Notes: generated by a model from the letters alone, not told the origin. A stretch of 64,000 nt of DNA from Octopus vulgaris (GCA_951406725.2 OX597815.1:132370001-132434000); one strand, 5' to 3'; shown: positions 1-13,352, numbered from the stretch's first letter. Made by a program: numbers and translations.

Positions 1-53
<53 letters not shown>

Positions 54-76
54 GAGACATAGACAGAGAGACAGAC
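1..76. repeat. (AT)n/(AG)n microsatellite
   Basis: Directly visible dinucleotide runs. Confidence 0.95.
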
Positions 77-132
77 AAACAGTCCGGTATTATCCACACA
101 GCTCGAAATAAGGTGAATAAAATCAAAATAAG

Positions 133-338
133 TAACAGGATGTTAAGTAGTAATGCAGTACGACCGTTTGAAGCGGCGCCATTAAAATGAACAAGGTAAT
201 CATGACACCAATTTAAATACAGCGCTATCTTTAACTGCACAAATAAAGATTTTCAACAGATAAGATATATTAATATAACTTTTCTTACTAAATGGTGCTG
301 CTTGAAACGGTCGTACTGCATTACTACTTAACATTCTG

Positions 339-341
<3 letters not shown>
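133..341. repeat. Inverted repeat, ~51-bp arms (133-183 / 291-341), abutting (TA)n
   Basis: taacaggatgttaagtagtaatgcagtacgaccgtttgaagcggcgccatt is the near-perfect reverse complement of aatggtgctgcttgaaacggtcgtactgcattactacttaacattctgtta. Confidence 0.85.
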
Positions 342-397
<56 letters not shown>

Positions 398-417
398 CAT
401 ACATACATACATACAAA

Positions 418-482
<65 letters not shown>

Positions 483-485
<3 letters not shown>

Positions 486-783
486 ACTTATGAATAAGGA
501 CAAACGAAAAAATTTCTAATGCCAAATATGCCGAAAATTGGACATATTGTCCATTTACCACATATTTTTTGCCCAGTACGCACGCTACTTGACAGTAGCG
601 TACGTACTGAGGAAAAAATATATGGTAAATGGACAATATGTCCAATTTTCGGCATATTTGGCATTAGAAATTTTTTCGTTTGCCCTTATTAATAAGTTGT
701 TTATAATTTAACCTTTAAAGGTATTTTTTAATATGCTGGCGATTGATAGAATTTTTTTTCGAAAAAATTTTATCCTGCATTAG
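483..783 (+). mobile_element. Fold-back 3'-end fragment of the hammerhead-bearing repeat family seen at 23544-24095
   Basis: 483-588 and 595-700 form a near-perfect palindrome around the loop ttgaca. 595-783 matches 23886-24090. Flanked by (TA)n. Confidence 0.85.
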
Positions 784-926
784 ATATATATATATATGTA
801 TGTATATATATGTAAATATATATATATGTATATATATAGATAGATAGATAGATAGATTGATTTGTATGTATGTATGTATGTATGTATGTATGTATGTATG
901 TATGTATGTATGTATGAATGTATATA

Positions 927-1012
<86 letters not shown>

Positions 1013-1030
1013 CATACACGTGTGCGTGTG
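784..1030. repeat. Compound microsatellite (TA/GATA/TATG/TG)
   Basis: Directly visible. Confidence 0.95.
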
Positions 1031-1225
1031 TATTTATGTCTGTGTTGCTCTCCCGCCACCGCTTGCCAGCATGTGTTGATATGTTAACCTCCCCGCAACA
1101 CAGCGCTTCGGCAAAATAGACCGCTAGAATAAGTACCGGGCTAAAAACTAAGTACTGGGGTAGATTCATTTACTTAAAATTCTGCATGCACCAGCATGGC
1201 CACAGTTAAATTACTGAAGCAAATA
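1031..1225 (+). mobile_element. SINE 3' half, degenerate (family A)
   Basis: Similar to the 3' half of 12168-12562 (cggcaaaa..gaccg..agaataagtac..ccagcatggcc.cagt). Confidence 0.7.
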
Positions 1226-1680
1226 GAAGATATAACCCTTTTTGCAATGTCTCATATCCATAAAGTGAAAGGTTCTTTATACCGGATAAAAACTGACAAT
1301 GCTTTCAAACGCTATTTCTTCTAATAGCATTTAACGAAATATAACCACTTCCATTAGTAAATATGTATATGTTCCTGAATCCCGTTACACAAGTATTATT
1401 TAAACAGTTAATGATATATTTCTAAGTAAATATAACTCAAGCGGTGTATTATATTGTAAATGATGTTAATATTGTTAATATACCGCTGACTGACAACTAC
1501 CACTGTTAGTTAAACAATGTTACTTAAACATATGTGTAATGATTACTCATGTTTGTGCACTGAAATCTTATCTTCACCGAAATAAAAAGGGTGATTTATA
1601 TTATCAACGGCATAAAAATTTAGTCACAATTTTTTATTTTACAATTGTAACCATGGTGGTGATGGTGGTGGTGGTGGTAA

Positions 1681-1681
1681 A

Positions 1682-1758
<77 letters not shown>

Positions 1759-1790
1759 AGGAAGGAAAGAAAGATAGAAAGAAAGAAATA
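1681..1790. repeat. (GAAA)n microsatellite
   Basis: Directly visible. Confidence 0.95.
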
Positions 1791-2151
1791 GCGTAATTGT
1801 TTGAAAACTATATCTTCTAGATCTGTGAACAATGGTATACAATTCGAATAAGAAATCAAATCAAAAGCAATACTAGAAAAATCATATCATTTTGCACTGA
1901 GTACTGACAGATTATGTAAAACACAATTAGAAAGCAAATGTAATCAAGAAAAATGAATACTGTCTGTTAATAACTATGGATGTGTAGTTAGATATTCGTT
2001 TATTTATATGCAGTAAAGTACATGTGCATCGCTATGAAACGCAAATTGTATCCGCATGAGTATACAACCGATGTTCTTTGAAAATGAGAAGATTTACAAT
2101 GGTTAAGAGATCGGAGATTCCTTTTACAAAAGATCGGTTTCATTGTAAAAT

Positions 2152-2288
2152 ATTAATTTCAAATTTTGGCGCCAGACCAGCAATTTTGAGGAGAGGATAA
2201 GTCGACTACCTCGACACCAGTGCTCAATTGGCATTTGTTTTAACAACCCCTAAATGATGAAAGGCAAAATCGACCTCTGTGGAATTTG
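2152..2288 (-). mobile_element. SINE fragment (family B)
   Basis: atgaaaggcaaaatcgacctc..ggaattt matches the 52200-52230 part of the family-B SINE. Confidence 0.6.
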
Positions 2289-2614
2289 CGATGTAAAATA
2301 TTGCCCTATAGTACTTGTTTCATTATAGCAGTTTTAAAAATTTATCGTAAAAAACAGAATGATGCAAATAGACTTGAGTTCGAAATTAAGAGGCTACATT
2401 GGCTTCGAAGATTTATAGATAGCCTTGTGAAATTGGTTGATGAAATTTATTATATGATATGGTATAAATAGAAGAGTGGAGAAATAAAATGAATGACTCC
2501 AGGAAGTAAATTAATGTAGCGTAATGAATGTTAACATATTTAAGTTAACAAATAAAAGTAAAAAGTATTCCCTAATTGTAAACATTGAAAATTACTCATT
2601 TCAAGTATAATAGA

Positions 2615-2900
2615 TTTCTTTATTGGCCACGCAGGGCTAAATACAGAAGGGACATAATACAAAGTGAAGCTTTTCTTTTTTGGAAGAAGAGAAGGGGAAA
2701 AAAGGCGGGGGCGAATTCCGATCAAAAGGGATCGTGAGAAAAATAAGGGGGAATTCCGATCGAAAGGGATCGTGAAAAAAAAGTGGGGCCGATCAATAGG
2801 GAGCGTGTATCACAGAAATGTCAATCTAAAAAGGGAAAACAGATTAGGTGTTTCCGTGGATAGACCACGGGAACCTTGGGTAATAGTGTCATGCAAAAAG
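2615..2900 (-). mobile_element. Non-LTR retroelement 3'-UTR fragment with shared tail
   Basis: Terminus tttctttattggccac..agggc...acaga.gggaca is similar to 16145-16200, 45996, 48398 and 52081. It also shares atcaa.agggatcgt with 16269-16283. Confidence 0.6.
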
Positions 2901-3951
2901 AAAACACATTGCAGTAAGTGGGTCTCTTTTTTACTCTCGTTTTTTTTATGTTCAACTAGATTTGTTACTTGCAAAATAAGAACTTAGTCTGTGTTTAATG
3001 CGTTGAGTTTGTTAATGGCAAACCCGGTAGATGGTAGCGAAGTATTTCGGTATTTGTTTTATAGAAAGAAAAACGAATTTCAGATGCCAAACATATTTGC
3101 TTCCATTCATCAAATTTTAAAATATTTCACGGCCTATTTCTACCTACTTGCAAGCCATAATTTCTGACAGTATGACGTTTTCAAACATGGATGTGTATAC
3201 AGTAATTTCATCCAACTTCATACGTAAACATATTAAATTCATCTAACATCATAAATAAACAAACCAGTCAAAGGATTCTTCGTGAATATTCAGATTTTAT
3301 TTGTCGCTGAATATTTTATACATTTTAATGAAAGATGTTTGCTCTTTATGAGAAGCTGTCTGGATTTTATTGAAAATTATCTACATGTCTGCAAAGTAAT
3401 AAAAGGTGATAATTAGTGAAGAATTCACATTCACGATTAACATCTTATCTATAATAAATATTCCAAAACTGAATGAAATTTGACATGAGCGTTGAGTTCT
3501 TGACCCGATAAAATGTGAAATAAATTATCGACAACGAAGCATTGACTATTAAAAGCAATTAAATTACGAGAAAGGTTTATATGGTTCAACAACTGTAAAT
3601 GGGAAATAATAGTACGTTAATAGTTACTTTGAATACAACGCCTAGAAAGCGTTCCATATGAAAAGAATCCATCTTCGCCTAGTCAATATGTAATGCTATC
3701 TCCCTAAAGTCTATATTCCTAGTAATTAAAACACTTTTGATGGAGAAGGAAATCATCCAACGGTAAACTAAGAAGTGTTTGAATGTAAAACAGGAAACGT
3801 TTCACACAGTATAAACACGGACAACCACAAGCACATACACGCACACACATTCATTTTTATAGGTCTATATATATTCATAAGTGTATAGGCATATGCGTAC
3901 CTCTCTATTACAATATTTAATATGGATATATATATATGCATACATACATAC

Positions 3952-3983
<32 letters not shown>

Positions 3984-4109
3984 AATACATGCATGCACAT
4001 ATATATACATACCCCCACCACACACACACGCATATATATATATGATGGTCTTTTGCCAATCTAAATGTACAAATGATTTATTTATAGTGATCAAATGTTC
4101 GTGTCGCAC

Positions 4110-4291
4110 ATTAGCCCACAGCCTCCATCAAATCGACGTTATCTGAACAGGTACCCTGTGTACCACACGTCAGGTATCAAAGTGATTGCAGAGCAACGTG
4201 AAGTACTTTGCTCAAGAACACAACGCACTAACCTTTCTAGGAATTAAAACAACGACCTAACGATTCTGAGTGCAACATCCTAACCACCAGG

Positions 4292-4294
<3 letters not shown>
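4110..4294 (-). mobile_element. SINE fragment (tRNA-like head, family C-like)
   Basis: Minus strand begins tgacctggtggttaggatgttgcactc (box A-like). A related decayed copy lies at ~45195-45340. Confidence 0.55.
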
Positions 4295-4373
<79 letters not shown>

Positions 4374-4660
4374 AAGTAAAGAGTGAAAAAACTACAGAAG
4401 GCTTAAATGTTAAAAAATTATATATATTTGCGTCAATATGTCTGAAGAATATTAGAAAATTAAAAAAAAAATTTTTTTTCCTCTTATAATGACATATAGT
4501 TTAATATCTTTTTATAAATATATACATATATGGATGTCGTGAAATCCAACCGGTTTTCGCTGATGAAATTAATTTTTCAAGGGACATTGTACAGTAATGA
4601 GTTCTCGTGACAGAGGGGTTTCGTCATTTTGGATGTTTAAAGAATAAGTAGGAATGAGTC

Positions 4661-5061
4661 TCTTTTACTCTTTTACTCTTTTATTTGTTTCAGTCATTTG
4701 ACTGCGGCCATGCTGGAGCACCGCCTTTAGTCGAGTAAATCGACCCCGGGACTTATTCTTTGTAAGCCCAGTACTTATTCTATCGGTCTCTTTTGCCGAA
4801 CCGCTAAGCGACGGGGATGTAAACACACCAGCATCGGTTGTCAAGCAATGCTAGGGGGACAAACACATACACACACACATATATATATATATATATACGA
4901 CAGGCTTCTTTCAGTTTCCTTCTACCAAATCCACTCACAAGGCATTGGTCGGCCCGGGGCTATAGCAGAAGACACTTGCCCAAGATGCCACGCAGTGGGA
5001 CTGAACCCGGAACCATGTGGCTGGTTAGCAAGCTACTTACCACACAGCCACTCCTGCGCCT
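4661..5061 (-). mobile_element. tRNA-derived SINE, family A, full length
   Basis: Head ggcgcaggagtggctgtgtggtaag with box B ggttcagtccc, CORE-like cttgggcaagtg, internal (TA/CA)n and an (AAAGAGT)n tail. At least 5 copies in the window. Confidence 0.9.
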
Positions 5062-5133
5062 ATAGAGTGAAACAAAGGAAGTAACAAGTGGCAGGGTGGA
5101 CAACTGGCTCCTTAGTATAATTTTTTTTAAATG

Positions 5134-6850
5134 GTCAAATTTGAATAGTGAGGTGTAGTCTGTACTTTTGTATGAACAGGGTTTCCTTGTTTAGGCGTTC
5201 TTGTACTGAGATTGAATCTTTGCATTGCTTTAATGGGAAGATATGAAAATTCTTAATTGAGAATGTTTGTCCTTGCTGGAATGTGAATTCCAAGCCTTCA
5301 GTTAGGTATGGGCATGTACCACAATTAGGTCGTCTGCATTTTTTAACTGTTGGTATTGTTTGTATTGAGTATAGTTTTAGCATTTGTTAGGAGTCTCTTG
5401 AGTGATTTGTCTTGTCTTTTGCATTTTGTATGTATTTAGGATGCTGTTCATTTTCGGGTATTGAGTGAGCAGAGGGAGATTTTGTATAATTGTGTTGTAT
5501 GCTTCACTGTTTCTGGGGTTGTGGGTTGATATGTATGGGAGTGATTTAAGGTGAGCTGTTGTGTTTTGTTTTGTTGTCCTTCGTGTGTTTGTGTCCAATT
5601 TCTAGGTACGTTTAATTCTGTTCAGGTGTAGGTGGATATTGACGTTTAATGAGTGTTGTTTCGTGTTCTTGTAGGCGTTCCCAAGTGGTTGTGTCAGATA
5701 CAATTGTACAGATCCTTTTTGATAGATTGAATGGGATATTTATTTTGGTGTGTTTAGGATGGCATGAACTGAAAAGGAGATACTGTTTTGAGTCTGTTGG
5801 TTTGTGGTAAATGTCGGTTGCAATTTGCTTGTTGGACTTTTAAAAATCAAAATGTCCAGAAATGGGAGCTGTTCCGTGCTATATTCCATTGTAAATTGGA
5901 TGTTGGGGTTTATATTTTTCAGTGTGGATTTGAAATCCAGGAGTTTATCATAAGTTTCATTCTAGATGATAACACAATCGTCTAGGTATCTTTTCCAGTT
6001 TTCCCTTATATACTGGTGGAATGGGATTCAAGCGAAAGTTCATATACGGTAGATTCGAAACAAAAAAAACATTATTAGGTTCGCAAGGACAGGCGCTGCT
6101 TTCGTTCCTATCGTAATGCCGCACTTTTAGCGGTAGTATGTTGTATCAAATAGGAAGTAATTGTTATGAAGGATGAACTGCAGTTATTCAATGATAAAAG
6201 TCTGGTTTATGCGGTCCGGAAGAACTTTGGGGTATTTTTCTAACCAGAAATTTATCGCCTCTATTCCATAGTCATGGGGAATGTTAGTGTAGAATTTGAT
6301 GACATCGAAGGAGACTAATAGAGCTTCTTCGTTTGTGGTTTTTGTTAGATGCTCTAGCATGCCCAGGTCGTCTCTAATGAAAAGTTTAACGTATTTGCGG
6401 AAAGGTTTCAATAGTATGTCCAGAAAGTTACTTAAGCGGTGTGTTTCACAGGCTAGGCCAGCAATAATAGGCCTTAATTTTAAGTCTTCTGGTGTTGGGA
6501 TATTTATGTATAGACCTGGATTTAATTTGCAGGCACTAGTAATTATTTGCTTCTTGTGCATTTTGGGGAGGCCATAGAAAAGGCTTGGTTTGCATTTGAA
6601 GTTTGTGATGTAGTCTTTTTCCATGTTGGAGTAATAAAGTTGCAAGATTTTTTAAGGGTTTTCTTGCTGCCTATAATTTGCAACGTTTTCATAAAAGGAG
6701 TCATTTTTAGTATGGACAATGCTATAGTTTTATAGTGTCCATCACGACTACAGCATTACCTTTGTCTCTTCTTTGATTGTCAGGTCTTTATCCTTTTTTA
6801 GCTGTAGTAGGTGCTTCCATTGTATGTCGTTGACGTTAAGTACAATTTTT
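5134..6850 (-). mobile_element. Penelope-like element (Neptune-type) RT + Zn-linker/GIY-YIG remnant, frameshifted
   Basis: Peptides FYGLPKMHK, LRPII, LVSFDV..YTNIPH and KKCRRPNCGTCPY. Many stops and frameshifts. Confidence 0.88.
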
Positions 6851-6858
6851 GGTTTATA

Positions 6859-6900
<42 letters not shown>

Positions 6901-6938
6901 AATAGATAGATATGTATATATATATATATATATGTATG

Positions 6939-7011
<73 letters not shown>

Positions 7012-7435
7012 ACACATATGTAAATGTATGCACATCGCTCCATACATACATAGATATCTCCGTGTGTTTTGGGGAGTATATCTGTCTATGTATGTATGTA
7101 TGTATGTATGTATGTATGTATGCCTGTTTGTATGTATGTATGTATGTATGCAGTCATGAGCGTTTTATGATTTGTTATTCGATCATGTACGTACATATAT
7201 TTTCTTGCACGTCATCACTAGTAATCCCAGGAGTCGAAAATCCTTAGATTTGTAAATGTAATTATTATTTATTGATTATTAGCAAGATTAAAAACAATGT
7301 GTTGATGATTATGTTTGATTGTTATCGGCGCTAATTGGTTTGGATGATATAGCGTGAAAACAACTAATACTAATGAGGCTTAAACTTATAATTGCTTTGT
7401 TCTCATATTTCTTTTCATGCATAATATCACGTGTT

Positions 7436-7496
<61 letters not shown>

Positions 7497-7606
7497 GTAT
7501 ATGTATATATACATATACATATATATATACATGTATATAAATATATATATACATATACGTATATATACATATACATATATATATACATACATGTATATAA
7601 ATATAT

Positions 7607-7980
7607 AACGGGAAGCTTTATGAAAATAAACAAAAGACGAAGGCAGGTGGAAAACAAACGAACAATTGTATTAGTATGGCGCTCAGGAAATATAAATAAA
7701 ACAAGTCTTTAACGTTTCGAGCCTACGCTCTTCAACAGAAAGATACACAGAGAGAGAAAATCACAGAAAGAAGGAGAGAAAAAAAATGCGTGCAGTAGCT
7801 AACGAATCAACATGGCGATCTGATTTCGGCCAGAGGTCGAAGATCAAACATGAGACGCGAGAGCGAAATAAGGGGAGATAATAGGGTGGATAAAAGGGTT
7901 GAGGAACCAGCTAATAGTGCGTAGGAGGGGTCTGGATGTGTGTATGTATAGGGTTGGTGTATGTATTAGTATGTATAAGG

Positions 7981-8011
<31 letters not shown>

Positions 8012-9637
8012 TATTAGTGTGTAGGATTGGTCTGGACGTGCGTATGTATGGGGTTGGTGTATGTATTAGTATGTATTAGTATGTATTAGTACGTATTGGT
8101 ATGTATAAGTGTGTGTGTGTGTGTATGAGAGAGTATAAGTGCGTATGCGGGGTCTGGACGTGTGTATGTATAGGGTTGGTGTATGTATTAGTATGTACTA
8201 GTATGTATTAGTACGTATTAGTATGTATTAGTTGGTGTGTGTATTAGTATGGCACATCATATGTGATGTGATGTGTAAAGTCATGTGGTGTAGTGAGGAG
8301 AAGAGGGGGAGGGGGAGAAGAGAGGGAGAGAAGGGAGGGGAAGAAGAGGGGGAGGAGAGGGGGGAAGAGGAGAGGAGGGGAGGGGGATGAAGGAGGAAAT
8401 AGGGAGAGGGGGAGAGAGAAGGGGAGAGAGGGAGCAGAGGGAAGGGGAAGAGGGAGGGAGAAAGAGGGAAGAAGGGAAGGGGAGTAGGGGTGAAAGGATG
8501 AAGGACTGAAGAAGTAGGGGTCGGGGGGAAAGGATAGGTGAGGAGGGGGAGAGGGGGGTTAGATGAGGAGGGGAGGAGAGTTGAGACCAAATGGCGTATA
8601 AGAGCGAAGAGAGAAGATTAATTCCTGTTCACGGCGCAAACGGGAATCCGGATGGCCTCTGTGTAAGGACAAACCGAACACAGATAGGTGTTGCAAGGAG
8701 TGACCGGTGGAGCGGAAATGGCGTGAGACCGGTGTGTCGTTCGCAAGGTGGATGTCACGAAGGTGTTCCGCGAACCGGTCAGCCAAGCGGCGTCCCGTTT
8801 GTCCGATGTACAAGGAATTGCAGAGAGAGCAAGAGAGGCAATAGATAATATTGCTGGAGGTGCAGGTGAAGGAGTGGATGATGGGATAGGGTCGATGGTG
8901 GGTGCTAGTGAGGCGGGTGGTGTTGGAGAGGTAAGGGCAAGTGCGGCAACGTGGGCGGGAGCAGGGGAACGAGCCGGGTTGGGAGGTAGGGTCAGGGAAG
9001 GAGCTATGGACCAAAAGGTCTCGAAGGTTGTGGGCTCGTTTGAAAGAGGGGAGGGGTCGGTTAGGGAAGAGGTGTGAAGTGGACGGGTCGGACTGGAGAT
9101 GACGGAAAGCTCGAAGAATGGTGCGTTGGAGACGAGGGTCGTGGGGTGGTAGTGAGGGGAAAAGGGAGGCGGGAGACTACAGGGCGGTTCGGGGAGAGGA
9201 GCGATACACGGTCCACGGACCGTGCTCTGGCAAGGGCGGTGTGGATAGTGGTGAGGGGGTATCCACGTAGGGTGAAGTGGTGAGCCATACGTTGAGACTG
9301 AGTCTCAAAGTCATGGTCGTCACTACAGAGCCTACGTAGACGGAGGAATTGGGAATAGGGGATGGAAAGCTTGGTGTGTTCTGGGTGGGAGGAAGAGAAG
9401 TTGAGGTATGAGTGTGAGTCTGTGTGTTTGTAGTGAATGGAGGTGGTAAGAGTGGAGTGAAGAATGCTCACCGAAATGTCGAGGAAGGAGACAGAGGTGT
9501 TGGAGATAGTGGAAGTGAAGTGGAGGGCTGGATGGAAAGATTGGACGAAAGAGAGGAAGGAATCTAGATGTTCGCGGGAGAGTGAGGTGGCACCGATAAT
9601 GTCGTCGATGTAACGACCATATAGTTCGGGAGTGGGA

Positions 9638-9640
<3 letters not shown>
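7607..9640 (-). mobile_element. Penelope-like element, 5'-truncated, GC-rich (RT C-terminus, GIY-YIG endonuclease, long 3' UTR)
   Basis: RYIDD at ~9601-9615; YKHTDSHSYLNFSSSHP; CSRPRCRTCPY...FTCTSSNIIYCLSC..C..LYIGQTGRRLADRFAEH. Both ends abut (TA)n. Confidence 0.92.
7706..7743 (-). ncRNA. Minimal type I hammerhead ribozyme motif (core A6>U variant) in PLE 3' UTR
   Basis: Minus strand: tcttt CTGTTGA a gagc-gtag-gctc GAAA cg TT aaaga. Stem I, stem II and palindromic stem III (aacgtt) are present. Confidence 0.7.
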
Positions 9641-9689
<49 letters not shown>

Positions 9690-9716
9690 TTATGTATATA
9701 TATGTGTGTGTGTGTG

Positions 9717-10103
9717 TTACTCTTTTACTCTTTTACTTGTTTCAGTCATTTGACTGTGGCCATGCTGAAGCACCACCTATATTCGAGCAAATCGACCACA
9801 GGACTTATTCTTTGTAAGACTAGTATTTATTCTATCGATCTCTTTTCCCGAACCGCTAAGTTCCGGGATGTAAACACACCAGCATCCGTTGTCAAGCGAT
9901 ATTGGGGCGGCAAACGCAGACACATAAAAGGTATACACACACATACATATATGTACATATATACGATGAGCATCTTTCAGTTTCCGTCTACCAAATCCAC
10001 TCGCAAGGCTTTAGTCGGCCCGAGGCTATAGTAGAAGACACTTGCCCAAGGTTCCAGGCAGTGGGACTGAACCCGGAACCATGTGATTGGTAAGCAAGCT
10101 ACT
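9717..10103 (-). mobile_element. SINE family A (head clipped)
   Basis: Aligns with 4661-5061 but lacks the first ~20 nt of the head. Confidence 0.88.
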
Positions 10104-10962
10104 TTATTTTATTTTATTTTATATCATTAGCCATAAAGACAGTACACAGATATGTAGCGGCTTGGACAAGACATTAATGAGGTGAATGATAATAATGCAA
10201 GATGATAAAGATGGGAGAAGACAGAAAGCGCCCGCCGAACCTCTGCGTCCCTAAAACATTATTCGTTAAAAAACAACATACATAGAGGTATTAAACCTCT
10301 TACAAATATATACAAAAAATTGGACTAGAAGTCCCTCACAAAGGAAACAAATTTTATACTCATACATATGGAGGCGATAAACTTCTTATATTATTCCCTC
10401 AATTAACTCTTTTACGGCCTGCAGATATTCCTGCAACCACCAATCGGAGCCAAAAAGATGTAATCTGTTGTCCTTCTTTGGGAAGGCTCTTGACCCGTGG
10501 AAAAATATTTTCTTTCCACTACCAGTGCAGCCACCTGCGAAGGCAACACTGCACTCTCAATAAAAATCGGGTCCATCAGAACCCGACTATCAAGATTATT
10601 CTCCACATACTCGTCAATCACCCCTCCCCTGCAATAGAGGAATACGAATTCCTCAACACTTTAATTAACAGGGACCTCAACTACCTCGTTCGGTAGCACA
10701 CATCCCACCAACGAGGTTTTCTTCTTTTCCCCCTCCGGTGGCACACATCCCACCGAAGGGGTTACGGGACATGCCGTAGCCAGCAATATCCCGATTTTCT
10801 TTTTCCTCTTTTTTCCCTTTGCGACGGGAGAGTGGAGCTCTTCCGACACGCCCGGAGGTCTCTCCTCCCCTCCCGCCACCTCAGGATCCATCGGTGGACA
10901 ACTATTGTTGCCCACCTTCTTTCTCTTAGTACTTTTTCTCGAGGAGGTTAGCTCCTCCTCGA

Positions 10963-10999
<37 letters not shown>

Positions 11000-12130
11000 A
11001 TGAAGGAACAGGAGGCTCCGTTGTGGGTACAGGGTTATTACAGACATCATCAATCAAGTGTTCCAGGACCTTCGCCTGGTCCTGGCAACAGTTCTTCTTC
11101 ATATGCCCTGATTCCAATCACAGGTGAATCTTGGTGAGGGGTCCCTCAATGATCAGCGGGTGGCTGGGACCGGCCATTGTCAAGAAATCTGGTAAAATCA
11201 GATCTTCGGCCGATTGGGGCCATATGCTCAAAATTGCTTTTGACCCGACCCAATCGACCACAGGCAGTATTTTTACATTCAAGAGTCTGGCAGGACCACC
11301 ACACAGGCCTCGACGGATAAAATCTTCTATTCCTTCAGCCACTATACCAGCCGGCAACCCACACACCCAGGCCCTTGTCAATTTACGCCCACCATAAGTG
11401 GGGAAAAATAAAATCTTCCTCCCCTCTATAGGTTGGCTCGCAAATTTCTGTAGGGGTGTCGAAAAGCACGCACATTGTTGCGTACTTTGAACTCCTACGG
11501 ATGAACCTATAAGTTGGCGCAAACCCCGCCAATTCTTCTTCAATTTCAGTGTGAGAGAATACACAGATGGTGTAGCGGACCTTGCAATAGGTCCGCAACA
11601 CCACCATTCTCTCATAATAGCTTTTAGCCACTCCTTGGGGGCCACAATTCGCCATTCCAAGGCTTTCTTACATTTGGTTGCCATTGATAAAATAAACTAA
11701 AATATAAAAGTTCACAACAAAATCAAAAATGGTCAAATAAAAGTCTCTAATGCAAACACAAAAAGTGCAGAAAGACAGACAAGAGAAAAAGACAATTCAA
11801 ATGGCAACAAAATTCAACTCTGGCAATCCTTTGTAGTACAGTTAAAAATCCCTTGCAGCACAAAAAATAGCAGCAAAAAAATTCCTCCAATTCTGGTTGT
11901 ACTACAAATGGTAAAATCCAAGAAGTGCACACAGTCACATAAAATCCTCCCGGATACACACAATTCTCAGAAAAGAGTTAGATTTTTTGTACGACCACTG
12001 GCAGACAACTGTCTGGAACCCAGTGGAGACCCTTGTTAAAAAAAAATGATAAACAATACGGACAACAGCCTCACTGAGCTCCCCAAAAACAAATGCCTTA
12101 CCTATGGTCGTACTTCAAACGTTCAATTTC
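10104..12130 (-). mobile_element. RT-less element encoding a decayed Gag/ORF1-like zinc-knuckle protein (copy C)
   Basis: ORF pieces 11383-11655, 11118-11684, 10661-11117 and 10412-10621. Motifs FPTYGGRKLTRAWVCGLP and IIEGP..K.HL*LESGHMKKNC (decayed CCHC) parallel copies A and B. A-rich (TAAAA)n 3' tail; no RT. Confidence 0.65.
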
Positions 12131-12167
12131 AACGTCAAACGACGTTACTTTCTCAGCGTAGAAAAAA

Positions 12168-12562
12168 CGCAGGAGTGGGTGTGTGGTAAGTAGCTTGTTT
12201 ACCAACCACATGGTTCCGGGTTAAGTCCCACTGCGTGGCACCTTGGGCAAGTGTCTTCTACTATAGCCTCGGGCCGACCAAAGCCTTGTGAGTGGATTTG
12301 GTAGACGGAAACTGAAAGAAGCCTGTTGTATATATGTATATATATGTATGTGCGTGTATGTTTGCGTGTCTGTGTTTGTCCCCCTAGCATTGCTTGACAA
12401 CCGATGCTGGTGTGTTTATGTCCCCGGAACTTAGCGGTTCGGCAAAAGAGACCGATAGAATAAGTACTGGGCTTACAAAGTATAAGTCCCGGGGTCGAGT
12501 TGCTCGATTAAAGGCGGTGCTCCAGCATGGCCGCAGTCAAAATGACTGAAACAAGTAAAAAA
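12168..12562 (+). mobile_element. SINE family A
   Basis: Near-identical reverse complement of 4661-5061. Confidence 0.92.
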
Positions 12563-12578
12563 CAATATATATATACTT

Positions 12579-13225
12579 GAAATAAAATGAGACAAGGAAG
12601 CCAAGGCGGTGTGAAATTTCTAGGAGATTTATAAGGACAAACTTAGTCTCACATGTGTTAATGTCTCCTCACTATCCATTTGTAATAACAAAGTATGAAT
12701 TCTTATCGGAATTTACATAACATGGACATGAAGACTTTTTAACCTATTCTATACAGAACCTTCCTTACATAATGGAACTGCAACTGTAGCATTTAAAATA
12801 TATTTTTATTTTTATTCTCTATTTCCCTTTATATTTACTATGTCTCACCGCTTCCAAAATATCTTCTTCTATTGAACTTTACTATTTCCCTCTATTTGAC
12901 TCTCTCATATCATCCCTGATGAAGAGATATCTTTCATTCCCTATAATCCTATAGCTCTCCGTTTCCAAAAGGCCGTCTTATATTGAACTGTACTAATTCC
13001 ATCTATTTAATTATCACATCGTCTCTGATGAATGGATATTCCTCATATCCCTGAAACAGCTGTGAGACTACCTTTCTCTTTTAAAACTGCGTTGGCATTT
13101 TTGTCTCATTTTATTTAACATTTACATGCTCACACACGACCCGCATTAAACTCTTCACTCACATTATTATCGAACCGGGAGTCTAAATTTACGTAGCCTT
13201 ACTTGCCATCTTGGGTCCTCTCATA
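12579..13225 (+). mobile_element. Non-coding Penelope-type terminal repeat fragment with hammerhead and inverted end
   Basis: Internal degenerate duplication (12851-12940 vs 12962-13050). aaataaaatgagacaa and tagtctcaca (12580-12653) are inverted copies of 13061-13116. Flanked by (TA)n. Confidence 0.6.
13021..13068 (+). ncRNA. Minimal hammerhead ribozyme motif (cleavage triplet GUG, probably inactivated)
   Basis: gtct CTGATGA at ggatat-tcctc-atatcc ct GAAA cagctg TG agac. Palindromic stem III acagctgt. Confidence 0.72.
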
Positions 13226-13242
13226 TATGTGTATGTGTTTAC

Positions 13243-13286
<44 letters not shown>

Positions 13287-13313
13287 GTATAAATATGTAA
13301 TATATTTCATATC

Positions 13314-13352
<39 letters not shown>

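Noticed and set aside
12911-12945. Second hammerhead (ccctgatgaagagatatc)
   Set aside because: Partial duplicate of 13021 lacking GAAA and stem III; not a complete ribozyme.
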